Origin: the human T2T-CHM13v2.0 reference genome, Homo sapiens
Length of the DNA: 64,000 nt
Assembly (NCBI RefSeq): GCF_009914755.1
Contig: NC_060937.1
Strand: one strand, 5' to 3'
A model generated the notes under the pieces. The model did no database searches. It had not been told where the DNA came from and saw nothing but the letters and a program-made list of their open reading frames with translations. Made by a program: the position numbers and the translations under genes. Each line of letters opens with the position of its first letter. Position 1 is the stretch's first letter. Positions 44,273 to 59,304 of this stretch are shown piece by piece.

Positions 44273-44679
44273 GTGCCTTTCACACCTAATGACACCTGAA
44301 TGAAGAGAATCACACAGCAACACCAGTGTTTCATTTGACAATTATGTGTCAGTGGATGATTTACTCCTTTTCCTAATTTGTATCAAATTCTTTGGGTTTT
44401 TGTATGGATGCATATCTGGTGTTTGGTTTTTTTTTTTTACTGCTGCTTGACGACTGAGATCGAACTGTTTCCTATTTTCCCCACTCTAAAAACATGTCAA
44501 ATATGACAAAATGTAGTAAAGTCATCATGATAAATTGCATAATTACACTGTTCTAAACACATACTGTTATAGCTATTTTTCTTATGGTAGAGAATATCAC
44601 TTTTCAAATAGGCTATATTTTTATGCTTTTACTTTCTACTCAATTTTTGTCTTCTGTTTAAAAATTTTAGAGTAACTTA

Positions 44680-45600
44680 GGTATTCATTTATTTTCCTCA
44701 AAACATATCTGGTATTGCCTGGCATAAGCCAAACACTCTAACAGATTGTGTATATAATGTCTTACTGAGGAGATGAACAAGCAACTATGTGATTACAACA
44801 CAGTATTATTGTTTATGTCATGGTATAAACAGGCACAGGATTGTGTGGACTACTCAGTACGGGTACTTAGTCCTTTCTGATGGGGTTATTTAAGGCTTGT
44901 ATGAAGAGATGACATCTAAGTTGATTTCCGAATACAGTAATCAGCCAGGTGAATGTAGACTGGTCAGCATTCAGAAAAGTTATTCCAAAGTGAGAAAGAC
45001 ACACAGTGTGTGTGTACAAAGACACACAGTGCGTGTGTACAAAGACACACAGTGCGTGTGTACAAAGACACACAGTGCGTGTGTACAAAGACACACAGGT
45101 GAGACAAGGCCGTACCCCAAGGGTATTGCAAAGATTGCTGGTGACCCAGTGAGTAGATAAAGAAGGCAAATGATTAATGAGTTAAGTAGGGAGCAAGATC
45201 GTGAAGCACTTTGCAAACCATTTCAGGGGATTTTTGCTTTATTCTGATAGCAGTGAATGTTAAGAGCTGATCATTTGTAGAGAACAATATGGATAGAAGT
45301 GAACTAGGTATGCTGTGGTAATAACCAAGGAAAGAAAGGATGGCAGATTAAATTTAGTGGAGTAGCAAAAGAAATGGAGAGAAATGGGGATATGGAGATA
45401 TTGAAGAGGGCTTGGAGACTGCGCAGGTCTTCAGGGAGTTGCTGCAGAGAGTAGCAGACAAGTGTAGGGTGAGTCCTGGGTCCCTTGCCTGGGCTTCTGG
45501 GTGGATAATGCTGCCCTTTACCAATGTTGGGGACATAGGAGAGTGGGGAGAAATGGGGATGAGCTGAGCGTGATGGTGATTTTGGACTCTTGAATTCACT
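44680..45600 (-). mobile_element. L2 element fragments
   Basis: gagatgacatctaagttga; ggtaataaccaagg..gatggcagatt..ggagagaaatggggatatggagatatt. Confidence 0.65.
44995..45098. repeat. 23-bp minisatellite, 4.5 copies
   Basis: Unit AAAGACACACAGTG(C/T)GTGTGTAC; units 2-4 identical. Confidence 0.97.
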
Positions 45601-46224
45601 GTTGAAAGATATTTATTCTGCTGTTTTAATATATTTACCTTTATAAATACAACCTTATTAACATAAAACGTGAATGAAATTCCCAATGAACAGTTTTCCT
45701 GTAATTTGAGATTTTTAAAATGTCCTTTGCATAAGAATTAACTTTTATGATCAACATATATTAAGTAGTAAAAATTTAATAGTCTACATAAGTGTTTCTT
45801 CCATTTGGTTTGTAATAAAATAAATAAAATTTGTAATCTTTCCTGCAAGGTAGCAAAAACACTCCAGGAGATACTAAGAAATATTTAGAGTAATGGATGC
45901 TCAGGTCTGAATGGGACTGTAGAGATCATCTAGTCCAACTATTTATTTTATAGGTAATGTTATCTGTGAGGAAAATCCAGGAGTTCTGACATCGAACAGC
46001 TATAATTTCATGTATGTGGTCTCAATTCATTTTAAGGAAAATGATGGATATGTTACAATTATTTTGTTTGCATGGTGCAAGTGTTTGTCATTTCCTGCAA
46101 TCTAGCTTTTTCCTAATTTTACATCCCACTTCCTACACTGGGCTTTGGCTGGGATTTTCCTACTCCCCTGCAAGATCTTGCTTCTTCCATTTCTGTAACT
46201 TGGAGGCCAAGAGACTTTATTCTG

Positions 46225-46420
46225 TAAAGAAGAGATAGTAAATATAGTTTCTTTGCAGGTCGCATGATATTGGTCCCTAAAACTAAACTCTACCACTGTA
46301 GGGCATAATAAGCTATTGGCAATAGATAAATGAATGAGTGTGGCTATGTCCAACACAAGTTAATTTACAGAAACAGGAGCAGGGTGAATTTGGCCCATGG
46401 GCTATATTTTGCCACCCCAT
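46225..46420. mobile_element. MER58A-like
   Basis: ttctgtaaagaagagatagtaaatat..aactaaactctaccactgtag..atttggcccatgggctatattttgccacccc. Confidence 0.75.
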
Positions 46421-46619
46421 GTGCTAACTCAACAGAAGCAATAAAATGTTATATCATTTGCATTATATATTTTTTTAACCTCCTTTAATCTCACCATGGT
46501 CTGTTCACACATACATAAACTTCACTTTGCTGTTTAAAGTTAGCTGGTTTTGCTTTAAAAATCACCTTTTTCGTGTGAGTTTGTCTTGAGTAGTTACCTT
46601 GTTCTCAATGTGGTGATAA

Positions 46620-46820
46620 GTGCTTTGCAGCATGTATAAACTCATTTAAAAGTTACAACAAATCTAAGCGGTATATACTATTAATATTATCATTCCCATT
46701 GTAAAGATAAGGAAAATGACATCAGAAGGCTAAGCAACCTGCCCAAGTTTACCTAAAGAGTAAGTGCCTAAGAGAGGGATACACCACAGGCATTCACGCC
46801 GCACTGACTAATCTCTCAGC
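46620..46820 (-). mobile_element. MIR
   Basis: tattatcattcccattgtaaagataaggaaaatgac..aggctaagcaacctgcccaag. Confidence 0.75.
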
Positions 46821-48519
46821 AATTATATTGTCTCTCAAGCTTTTTTGCATCCCTGCAATTTTCATCCCAACTGTATTTATTCAAAATTAACTATTTTGTA
46901 AATTCCAGATTAAATGCCTCCACAATCCATGTCTATTTTTGTTCGTTTTGCTGCTCTGTCTTTTGACTCACAACACAGTGCCAGGCTCATCAAAGGAACT
47001 TGATATATATTGATTGAACAAATAATTGATGTCCACTGCAGTAAGTCCTTCCCTGATACCTCAGACAGAGCTGGTGTCTGTGTCCTTGGTGTCCCCAGAT
47101 GACTTTGTCCTTATCTTATAATGTACCTGCCACATTTCATTATAATCTATTCTTCCTCACACTTTGATTTTGGTAAAGGCAGGGATAAAATCTCATTCAT
47201 CTTTGTATATGCAAGAACACAATAAGTACTTAATAGTATGAACTAAATGTATGCAGTTAATGAATGTAAATTTATTGTATCAGAAAATTTTAGAAAATTC
47301 TATTAAAATGTAACATTATATAGATTTATATTACTGTTCACTTGAATATCATTTTTTTCTGTTATTTTATAGTTCTATGCAGTCTTGAACTTTGCCCAGT
47401 AGTATTGTTATTTATTTCAGTTGGTATGTCTGTCTGTCTGACTTGACTGAATTCTTGAGGGCAAGCCTCATGTCTTATTATTGTATATCTAGCACCTAAC
47501 CTTTCAGTGCCTGAAACATAGCTGAAACTTTATATCTATTTACTAAAGGAACAAATGCATTGGTTTTCATCTTCTAAATATATATATTATTCAGTTTCAC
47601 ACCTCAAAGAAGTGATAATTTAGCTGTGAGACCGTGCATATACAGTAAGACTTAAATTGCAATACAGGTATTATATACGCAAATACTAGAAATGTAGCAA
47701 GAAAAATAAGCTGTTTATTGTAAAAAATCAGAGCTGAAGAAAAGCAGATAACCGTGGATTAAATGATCAAATGGATTTTCATATAGACGGTAATATTAGT
47801 GCTCAACAATGAAGGAGAGATGAAATTTGTGCACAGAAAGAAAGAAAGATAAGATTATAGAAGGGAATTTAATTTTCTTGTGTTCCGAGTCTGCTGGAAA
47901 ATTTTTAGCCTTAAATATGCATTTATTTTTGTCAAATATTTTTACTAAATTTGAAGTGATTATGATTTTTTAATTCTGTTAACCTAAATTGATATATCCC
48001 AACTTTGCTTTTCTGAAATAAAATTCACTTACTTATAATGGGCTTTACTCTTAATATTATATTTAGGATTTTTGTGTCCGACTAATTAAAAAGATTGCCT
48101 TTCAATTTTCTTTTCCAGTAATGTTTTTGGCAAGTTTTAGTTATTGAGCTTATGTTGGCCACCTTGAATGAATTGGTAAGACTTCCATCTTTTATATTGT
48201 TCTCTAGAAAAGTTTATGTAAAATCAGAATTATTTCTTCCTTAAATGCTAAGATAAATTCTTCAGGAAAGTTATCTTGTCCTGAAATATTTTCACATGAT
48301 GCTTTTTTTTTTAAATTATACTTTAAGTTTTAGGGTACATGTGCACAACGTGCAGGTTTGTTACATATGTATACATGTGCCACGTTGGTGTGCTGCACCC
48401 GTTAACTCGTCATTTAACATTAGGTATATCTCCTAATGCTATCCCTCCCCAGACCCCCCACCCCACAACAGGCCCCAGTGTGTGATGTCCCCCTTCCTGT
48501 GTCCAAGTGTTCTCATTGT

Positions 48520-51799
<3,280 letters not shown>

Positions 51800-51862
51800 T
51801 ATGATGTTAGCTGGTTATTTTGCTCGTTAGTTGATGCAGTTTCTTCCTTGCTTCGATGGTCT

Positions 51863-52874
51863 TTACAATTTGGCATGTTTTTGCAGTGGCTGGTACCGGT
51901 TGTTCCTTTCCATGTTTAGTGCTTCCTTCAGGAGCTCTTTTAGGGCAGGCCTGGTGGTGACAAAATCTCTCAGCATTTGCTTATCTGTAAAGGATTTTAT
52001 TTCTCCTTCACTTATGAAGTTTAGTTTGGCTGGATATGAAATTCTGGGTTGATAATTCTTTTCTTTAAGAATGTTGAATATTGGCCCCCACTCTCTTCTG
52101 GCTTGTAGAGTTTCTGCCGAGAGATCAGCTGTTAGTCTGATGAGCTTCCCTTTGTGGGTAACCCGACCTTTCTCTCTGGCTGGCCTTAACATTTTTTCCT
52201 TCATTTCAACTTTGGTGAATCTGACAATTATGTGTCTTGGAGTTGCTCTTCTCGAGGAGTATTTTTGTGGCGTTCTCTGTATTTCCTGAATCTGAATGTT
52301 GGCCTGCCTTGCTAGATTGGGGAAGTTCTCCTGGATAATATCCTGCAGAGTGTTTTCCAACTTGGTTCCATTCTCCCCGTCACTTTCAGGTACACCAATC
52401 AGACGTAGATTTGGTCTTTTCACATAGTCCCATATTTCTTGGAGGCTTTGTTTCCTTCTATTCTTTTTTCTCTAAACTTCTCTTTTCGCTTCATTTCATT
52501 CATTTCATCTTCCATCACTGATACCCTTTCTTCCAGTTGATTGAATCGGCTACTGAGACTTGTGCATTTGTCACGTAGTTCTCGTGCCGTGGTTTTCACC
52601 TCTATCAAGTCCTTTAAGGACTTCTCTGTATTGATTATTCTAGTTAGCCATTTGTCTAATCTTTTTTCAAGGTTTTTAACTTCTTTGCCATGGGTTTGAA
52701 CTTCCTCCTAAGCTCGGAGTAGTTTGATTGTCTGAAGCCTTCTTCTCTCAACTCATCAAAGTCATTCTCCATCCAGCTTTGTTCCATTGCTGGTGAGGAG
52801 CTGCATTCCTTTGGAGGAGGAGAGGCTCTCTGATTTTTAGAATTTTCAGTTTTTCTGCTCTGTTTTTTCCCCAT
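51863..52874 (-). pseudogene. L1 ORF1p, frameshifted
   Basis: Three ORF pieces MGKKQSRKT.. / ..RELRDKC.. / KRPNLRLIGVPE..YPAKL..QKHAKL. Confidence 0.93.
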
Positions 52875-54537
52875 CTTTGTGGTTTTTATCTACCTTTGGT
52901 CTTTGATGATGGTGACGTACAGATGGGTTTTTGGTGTAGATGTCCTTTCTGTTTGTTAGTTTTCCTTCTAACAGTCAGGACCATCAGCTGCAGGGCTGTT
53001 GGAGTTTGCTAGAGGTCCACTCCAGACCCTTTTTGCCTGGGTGTCAGCAGCGGAGGCTGCAGAACAGTGGATATTGGTGAACAGCAAATGTTGCTGCCTG
53101 ATCATTCCTCTGGAAGTTTTGTCTCAGAGGAGTACCCGGCTGTGTGAGATGTCAGTGTGTCCCTACTGGGGGGTGCCTCCCATTTAGGGTACTCGGGGGT
53201 CAGGGACCCACTTGAGGAGGCAGTCTGTCTGTTCTCAGGTCTCCAGCTGTGTGCTGGGAGAACCACTACTCTCTTCAAAGCTGTCAGACAGGGACATTTA
53301 AGTCTGCAGAGGTTTCTGCTGCCTTTTGTTTGGCTATGCCCTGCCCCAGAGATGGAGTCTACAGAGGCAGGCAGGCCTCCTTGAGCTGCGGTGGGCTCCA
53401 CCCAGTTTGAGCTTCCTGGCTGCTTTGTTTACCTACTCAAGCCATGGCAATGGCGGGCACCCCTCCCCCAGCCTCACTGCCACCTTGCAATTTGATCTCA
53501 GACTGCTCTGCTCTCAATGAGCGAGAGAGACTCCGTGGGTGTAGGACCCTCCGAGCCAGGTGCAGGATACAATCTCTTGATGTGCCATTTGCTAAGACCA
53601 TTGGAAAAGCACAGTATTAGGGTGGGAGTGACCTGATTTTCCAGGTGCCATCTGTCACCCCTTTCCTTGACTAGGAAAGGGAATTCCCTGACTCCTTGTG
53701 CTTCCTGGGTGACATGATGCCTCGCCCTGCTTTGGCTCACGCTCGGTGCGCTGCACCCACTGTCCTGCATCCACTGTCCGACAATCCCTAGTGAGACGAA
53801 CCTGGTACCTCAGTTGGAAATGCAGAAATCAGTCGTCTTCTGTGTTGCTCATGCTGGGAGCTGTAGACTGGAGCTGTTGCTATTCGGACATCTTGGCTCC
53901 ACCCCACATGATGCTTTTAGTTAAAGATTCAAACTTTGAACAGATATAAGAAGTTTTAGGGTTTCTGTTTCTTATTATTTTGATTTTAGTAAATTTCATT
54001 TGTAAGGATATTTTCCTATTTTGTTTAAACTTGCAAATGTATTGACATAAAATTGTTCACTATATTTGTATTATATTTGTAATATTTTAGGGATCTGTAA
54101 TTTTTTCTTCTTTCATTTTTTATTTATAGTATTGTAATTTGTTTTTTCTTTTTTCTCAAATAATCTTGCTATGGTTGTATAAATTTTATTATTATTTAAA
54201 GAACCATACTTTTGCCTTTTAATATTTTTTGCTTGAATATTTTTCTATTTCATTGATTTCTAATCTTATTTTTATTGAGTAGTTTATACACCTAGTAATA
54301 CCATACTTCAGATACATGGGCAAAGTTTAAAAGGGCCAATGAACCAATATGGTTTTGATAGCCCAATGATTATTATGCTAGATGTAATGAAGTAAATAAA
54401 TTCAAAGTTAGGCTGTTTGGTTCAGAGTTTTATTACATAAATGGTGGAATTGTGGGGATGACAAGGTCTCTGTTGTGGTAACCTGAGTGTGGATGACATA
54501 ATTGAATAAAATAGAATAAGAGGTGAGGCGAGGTGGG

Positions 54538-54636
54538 CAAGTGAGAGAAGTTTGCAGGAGTGGAGAGGAGAAGTCAAGTGAGAGGAGGAGTTTGCAGGAG
54601 AGGAGAGGAGAAGTCAAGTGAGAGGAGAAGTTTGCC
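54538..54636. repeat. 40-bp purine-rich tandem repeat (~2.4 copies)
   Basis: tttgc recurs at 54551, 54591 and 54631 with ggagaggagaagtcaagtgagaggag between. Confidence 0.9.
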
Positions 54637-55409
54637 GGGACTGCTGATGATAAACTATGTTGGTCAGCATTCATCTGTGACTCTCATATTAAGTTAAACT
54701 TCTTGTGTGCAGGGACTGAATCACACTTGTCATTGTATTTTTTACACATTTCACAGAGTTTCTCATAAAGAAGCAGCTCAATACATGTTTAAAGAATAAT
54801 GTAGTAAAAACATTTACCACAACTCCTTTATTTCACTATGTCCTAAGGAAGTTAAGTGCCTTCCCCAGTGTTGTCGACCTGGTCCATAGAAAACCCAGAA
54901 CTAGGACTACAGTCATCTGAGAAACAACATGTGCCCACGTTGAAAATACCATGGTAGGAGATTGGGGATGTGAATTTGACAATGACCGTGACAATGCAAA
55001 GTCACATTTTGAAAAACCAAGTTGGCATATATTCATATTGTATTGATGGAAAAGCAGTGGAAAAAATTATGAGTAAGCCATAGAAATGCAATCTAATAAT
55101 ACAGATTGTGTGTGTGTGTGTGAGAGAGAGAGAATGTGTGTGGTTGTTTACATTTATCGAATTTGTTGCTACCAAATCTTGGGCTTAACCATATTTATCT
55201 ACAAAGGCCTTAATTGCTTTAAAAACTATCAGTGAAAAACAACCACTGATTAGTTTTTCACAAGCTCTGTTCTTCTTTCTGAATATACAACTGGAGTTTT
55301 TATAGTTCTTTAAACAACAAAATGAGGTGACCTGTGTGGAAAAAAAAATATGGCACAAGGAGCCAAGAAAGAAAAGAGTAGCAGAGCATTTTGTTCTTAT
55401 AAATTAAAC

Positions 55410-55760
55410 CAAAGCGCGGTGCGCCCTGGCTGCTGACCCACGTGCGTGGAGGTCTCTGGTGGACGAAGTGTGCAGGTGCACTGTCAATCATGTAGCCCGT
55501 TTTGGCCTCTTTTCCCTTTGTCTGGCTTTACATGCAAACTTTATCTTTTAATGAGATCTCGGCCATTAGAAATCCTTTCAGGTTGTGCTAAGGTTTAAGT
55601 TCTTTAGGTATTTTCCTTTTTCAATTACTTTGGCCTCTATCAGCATATTGAATTTTAGGCGTTACGTGGGGTAACTCACAGTTAGCAGTGAATTACGACG
55701 GCCACTCTGCTCCTCCATGAATGAATTATGCAGGCTTGTGGAACCAGAGTACCACGAGTG
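55410..55760. promoter_or_regulatory. Candidate CpG-retaining regulatory element
   Basis: About 13 CpG in ~350 bp of non-repeat sequence; CACGTG 55439-55444, TGCGTG 55443-55448, GTTACGTGGGGTAAC 55661-55675. Confidence 0.45.
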
Positions 55761-57600
55761 CTCTAAGAAACTGCTTGGCAGTCCACTTAGTTTGGGTTGG
55801 CAAAAGAAAGGAAAGGGAGAGAAATTGGAACAAAGTGTCAGTGAAAGTAATAATAGAAATGAGAGAATGGTATGTTTTCAGTCATTTAACAAAGAATACA
55901 CAATGGACAAAAATATTGCCATATTTACATTAATATACATAGGGATTTGATTTTTTTACTTGTATAATGTAGAGAGCTCAAACATGGCACAGACTCAGCA
56001 TAATTTTATATCAAAAATATGTACTGGCTTATTGTTCCTGTTTATATTAGCATTATTAAGTACTTAAATCTATGAAGTCCTTTATAACCATGCTAAGGTG
56101 ATGAGAATCTCATAAAACTGAATGAGCAATTTCTAGCTTTTCCTTTTGGATGCCTGGGACCTAAAATAAACCAGAGTCACATAATCATAAGGACAAATCA
56201 AAAGGACAGAAACCAATACTGGAAGATATTATTAGAGTAGTGCTAAAACAAAGACATGCACATTTATTTAATGTGTATAGAATTCATGCCATGGAAAATC
56301 AGTCATTAGTTAAAACTGGGGAGTTGGGGAAAGACGAGTCTGTAAGAGAAATTTTGTAACATTTCTGAAAAAAGCAAACAAAGTGGGATAAGAAGGCCTG
56401 GGAAAAGGACTGGAAATAAGATGAGAAGGGGCATTTGTCATATTAATGAAAAATGAACATTTATTTTTACATAGATTTTTTTCATCTTTAAGAAGATTTG
56501 TTTTCATGTATGATTTAAAATTAAGTTCCAAAATTGTGTAAATTGACATTTTAAGGGAAGTACTTTTCTATACATATTTGCCAGAGACATAAGTTTTCTA
56601 AACTTCCTTTTCCAGGTAGGGTAAATTTAGGGAGGAGCCCATGTGTCCAAGTATGTGGTTACTAGGCAGTTCTGCAGCCTCCGGAGTTGGGAACTACAAT
56701 TTAAATTGTTTTGACCCAAACAGATCTTATGGATCTTGAATGTCATAGCAACTCAATGAGATGAATTAATAAAAGAAAAGAAAAATATAAGAATAGACTC
56801 AAAATAATGAACAGGTCTTGAGTGATCGTGTAAGAACATTATGGGAAATATGGCGCAAGGGGTTTCAGTGTTTGGTAGCATGAAGAAACGTCAATAATTT
56901 GAATTTTATTGTATATGAGCTGCCATATTAGAGGGCTTTTGTTTTCAAAGAATTTTTAGTTCGTAAGGAAACATTGGGCCTAATATATAATATCTGGCTA
57001 GAATTGAAATTGAAAGGGAAGTATTATATTTTCTCTTAAGAAGTTTTCTAGAAAGAAAAATGGTTTCTTATTCTGCTCAACTTCTTCGTATTTGGAAATA
57101 TGAATCAGGCTAGGAATGAAGAGTGACATTATTAAGAAGACCCCACCCAGAAGGAGGAAAGTCCCACGTGGTTGTTCGGAAGGAGAACAAATACATAAAC
57201 ATTGTGTAACAGACCGACTGGAGAAGCCAGCCCTAGTTCTTGTGCCTGGCCATGCTGCGAGGTACTGAAGAACAGGGAGGAAGGATTTTCTGAATCTAAG
57301 CAGAAAGAGGAGGGGGTGGCTTAACAAGACCATAAAGATTCTAGCAGTTGCACAACTTAGGTGGAGCATTTTATAGGGTCCTAGCATTTTTGTCTGAAAA
57401 TAAGAGGGTCAGTGGGAGAGAGAGTATGAGACAAAGAATGAGAATAGGGGAGGATTGGAGGAAGGAGGGAAGGAGAGGAAAGAGGAGAGACAGCCCCTGC
57501 CTTTGAACTTTTAGAGACCTGTTACTATTACTAGTTAGGGCTTTCTATGTTTACAGAGAAGTCTAGAGATTTTACACACTGCCTAAGAACCATGCTGTGG

Positions 57601-57775
57601 GGCCACAGGCGGTGGCTCACGCCTGAATCCCAGCGCATTGGGAGGTTAAGGTGGGAGAATCATTTGAGCCCAGGAGGTCGAGGATGCAGTGAGCTATGAT
57701 TGTGCCACTGCATGCCAGCCTGGATGACAGAGTGAGACTCTATCTCAAAGCCAACAAAACAAAAACAAAAAAAAA
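57601..57775 (+). mobile_element. Monomeric Alu (FRAM/FAM-like or arm-recombined AluJ)
   Basis: Left-arm-like start ggcggtggctcacgcctg running into a right-arm end gaggatgcagtgagctatgat..gagactctatctc plus A-rich tail. Confidence 0.85.
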
Positions 57776-58119
57776 CCCCACATACTGTGTATTTATGTAT
57801 TCCAGGTTTCTAGGAAAGTCTATTAAGTCAGGAAAATAAAGATAAGTAAATAAATTGAGTAGTCCACAAAACACCTGACTGTTAAAATAAGACATTCCTT
57901 AATCGTATTGTAAAATTTATGTTTGTTGCTACATATATCTTATGGATATATTAATTAAAGTGCATTTTTTAAAAAGTTTACTTCTCGTTGCAACAGACCG
58001 ACATGAGCTGTGTCTCAAATCCTTAATATTCACTTGGAGAAATACTGACCATGAATTCAACGAATCCATAAAAGTTTTCCTGCCTAATGAAAGTTATTCT
58101 GATTGTATGACAAAGATCT

Positions 58120-58290
58120 AAAGCCGTGATCTGAGACTCTGGGTAGTGTTGAATCACCCTGAAAACTTGCTCAAGTGACTGGTGCCCAGAGCCCAGTCCA
58201 CTGTTGCCACTTCCATGGTGGGGCAGGACCTCAGAGGTTTGAATAAGCACCCCAGGTAACTCCAAACCACATCACAATTTGAGTACCCCT
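58120..58290. mobile_element. MER5A-like
   Basis: gaatcaccctgaaaacttgct..ggtggggcaggacc..aataagcaccccaggtaactc..caatttgagtaccc. Confidence 0.6.
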
Positions 58291-58556
58291 TTATCAGAGA
58301 AAATAATAATAATAATAAGAAGTAAATAGACCAGTGTTCTGGCCGCATGCTTAGAGATTCTAAATCAGCACGTCTGGAGCTTGGACCAGGAATTGGGGCA
58401 AGGTTTGGTGGCCACAGTCTTCTAGCCAGGTAGTTCATGGCCTAGGGACAAAATGTTCAGAAATGATGACCTAAAAATGCGATATATTAGGATTGATGTT
58501 GGTTATAGGTACCTGCTAAATATGAAGCTTATTTATCTAAAGTTTTATAAAGATTC

Positions 58557-58818
58557 CTTTTTGAGAAAGAGAGAGAAAGAAGATCTCACTTTGTTACCCA
58601 GGTTGGAGTACAGTGGCCCAGTCATAGCTCACTGCAGCCTCCACCTCCTGAGCTCAAGTGATCCTCCTTGGATGAGCCTCCTGGGTAGCTGGGACTACAG
58701 GTGCACATCACCAGGCCTGGCTAATTCTTAAATTTATGGTAGAGATAGGGTCCTGCTGTATTTCTCAGGCTGGTCTCAAACTCAGCGGGATTACAGGCAT
58801 GAGCTACTGCAGCTGGCC
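58557..58818 (-). mobile_element. AluJ with internal deletion
   Basis: catagctcactgcagcctc..ctcaagtgatcctcc; part of the left arm missing. Confidence 0.9.
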
Positions 58819-59266
58819 TAGTTTTGTGAAGATTGTTTTTATTGTATTAGTAATTTTAACTGAGCCAGGATCAACACTGGGAGGCATAAGAAATTAAGAA
58901 GAGCTCTTCTGTATTTTATGTGAATGAAATCAATTCCGGAGTCTACCTCTTGTTTTTATTTTTGTTTTGCCTTTTATTTGTGACTGTGGAACTGAGGGGA
59001 GGAGAAAAGGTTAGAATTGAAATATAAGTCAATAGCCGGGAGGACTAGGACAAGGAACCAGGAGGACCAGGACAAGGAAGAAGAGGGAGATAGCCTCGAT
59101 TGTTTCCAGAGAGCTTTTATGTTTTTAAGCATTTCTCATTAAAATTAACTGTATTAGACTTAAGTATTTAACCAGGGAGGAAGCTCCCTGCTTTACTATA
59201 GGTGCTTTATGTGCCTTACATTTCAGAGCTTCTTATTCTCTTCTGTTCTAAGCAGCCCAGGAAGTG

Positions 59267-59304
59267 ATTTGCCAATGGAGAGCTAATTTGCCAATGGACA
59301 GCTA
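59267..59304. repeat. 19-bp tandem duplication containing GCCAAT
   Basis: atttgccaatgga(g/c)agcta twice. Confidence 0.9.

Noticed and set aside
44995-45098. CRISPR-like array or RAG recombination signal (CACAGTG..ACAAAGACA)
   Set aside because: No unique spacers; heptamer-to-nonamer-like spacing is 7 or 30 nt, not 12 or 23.
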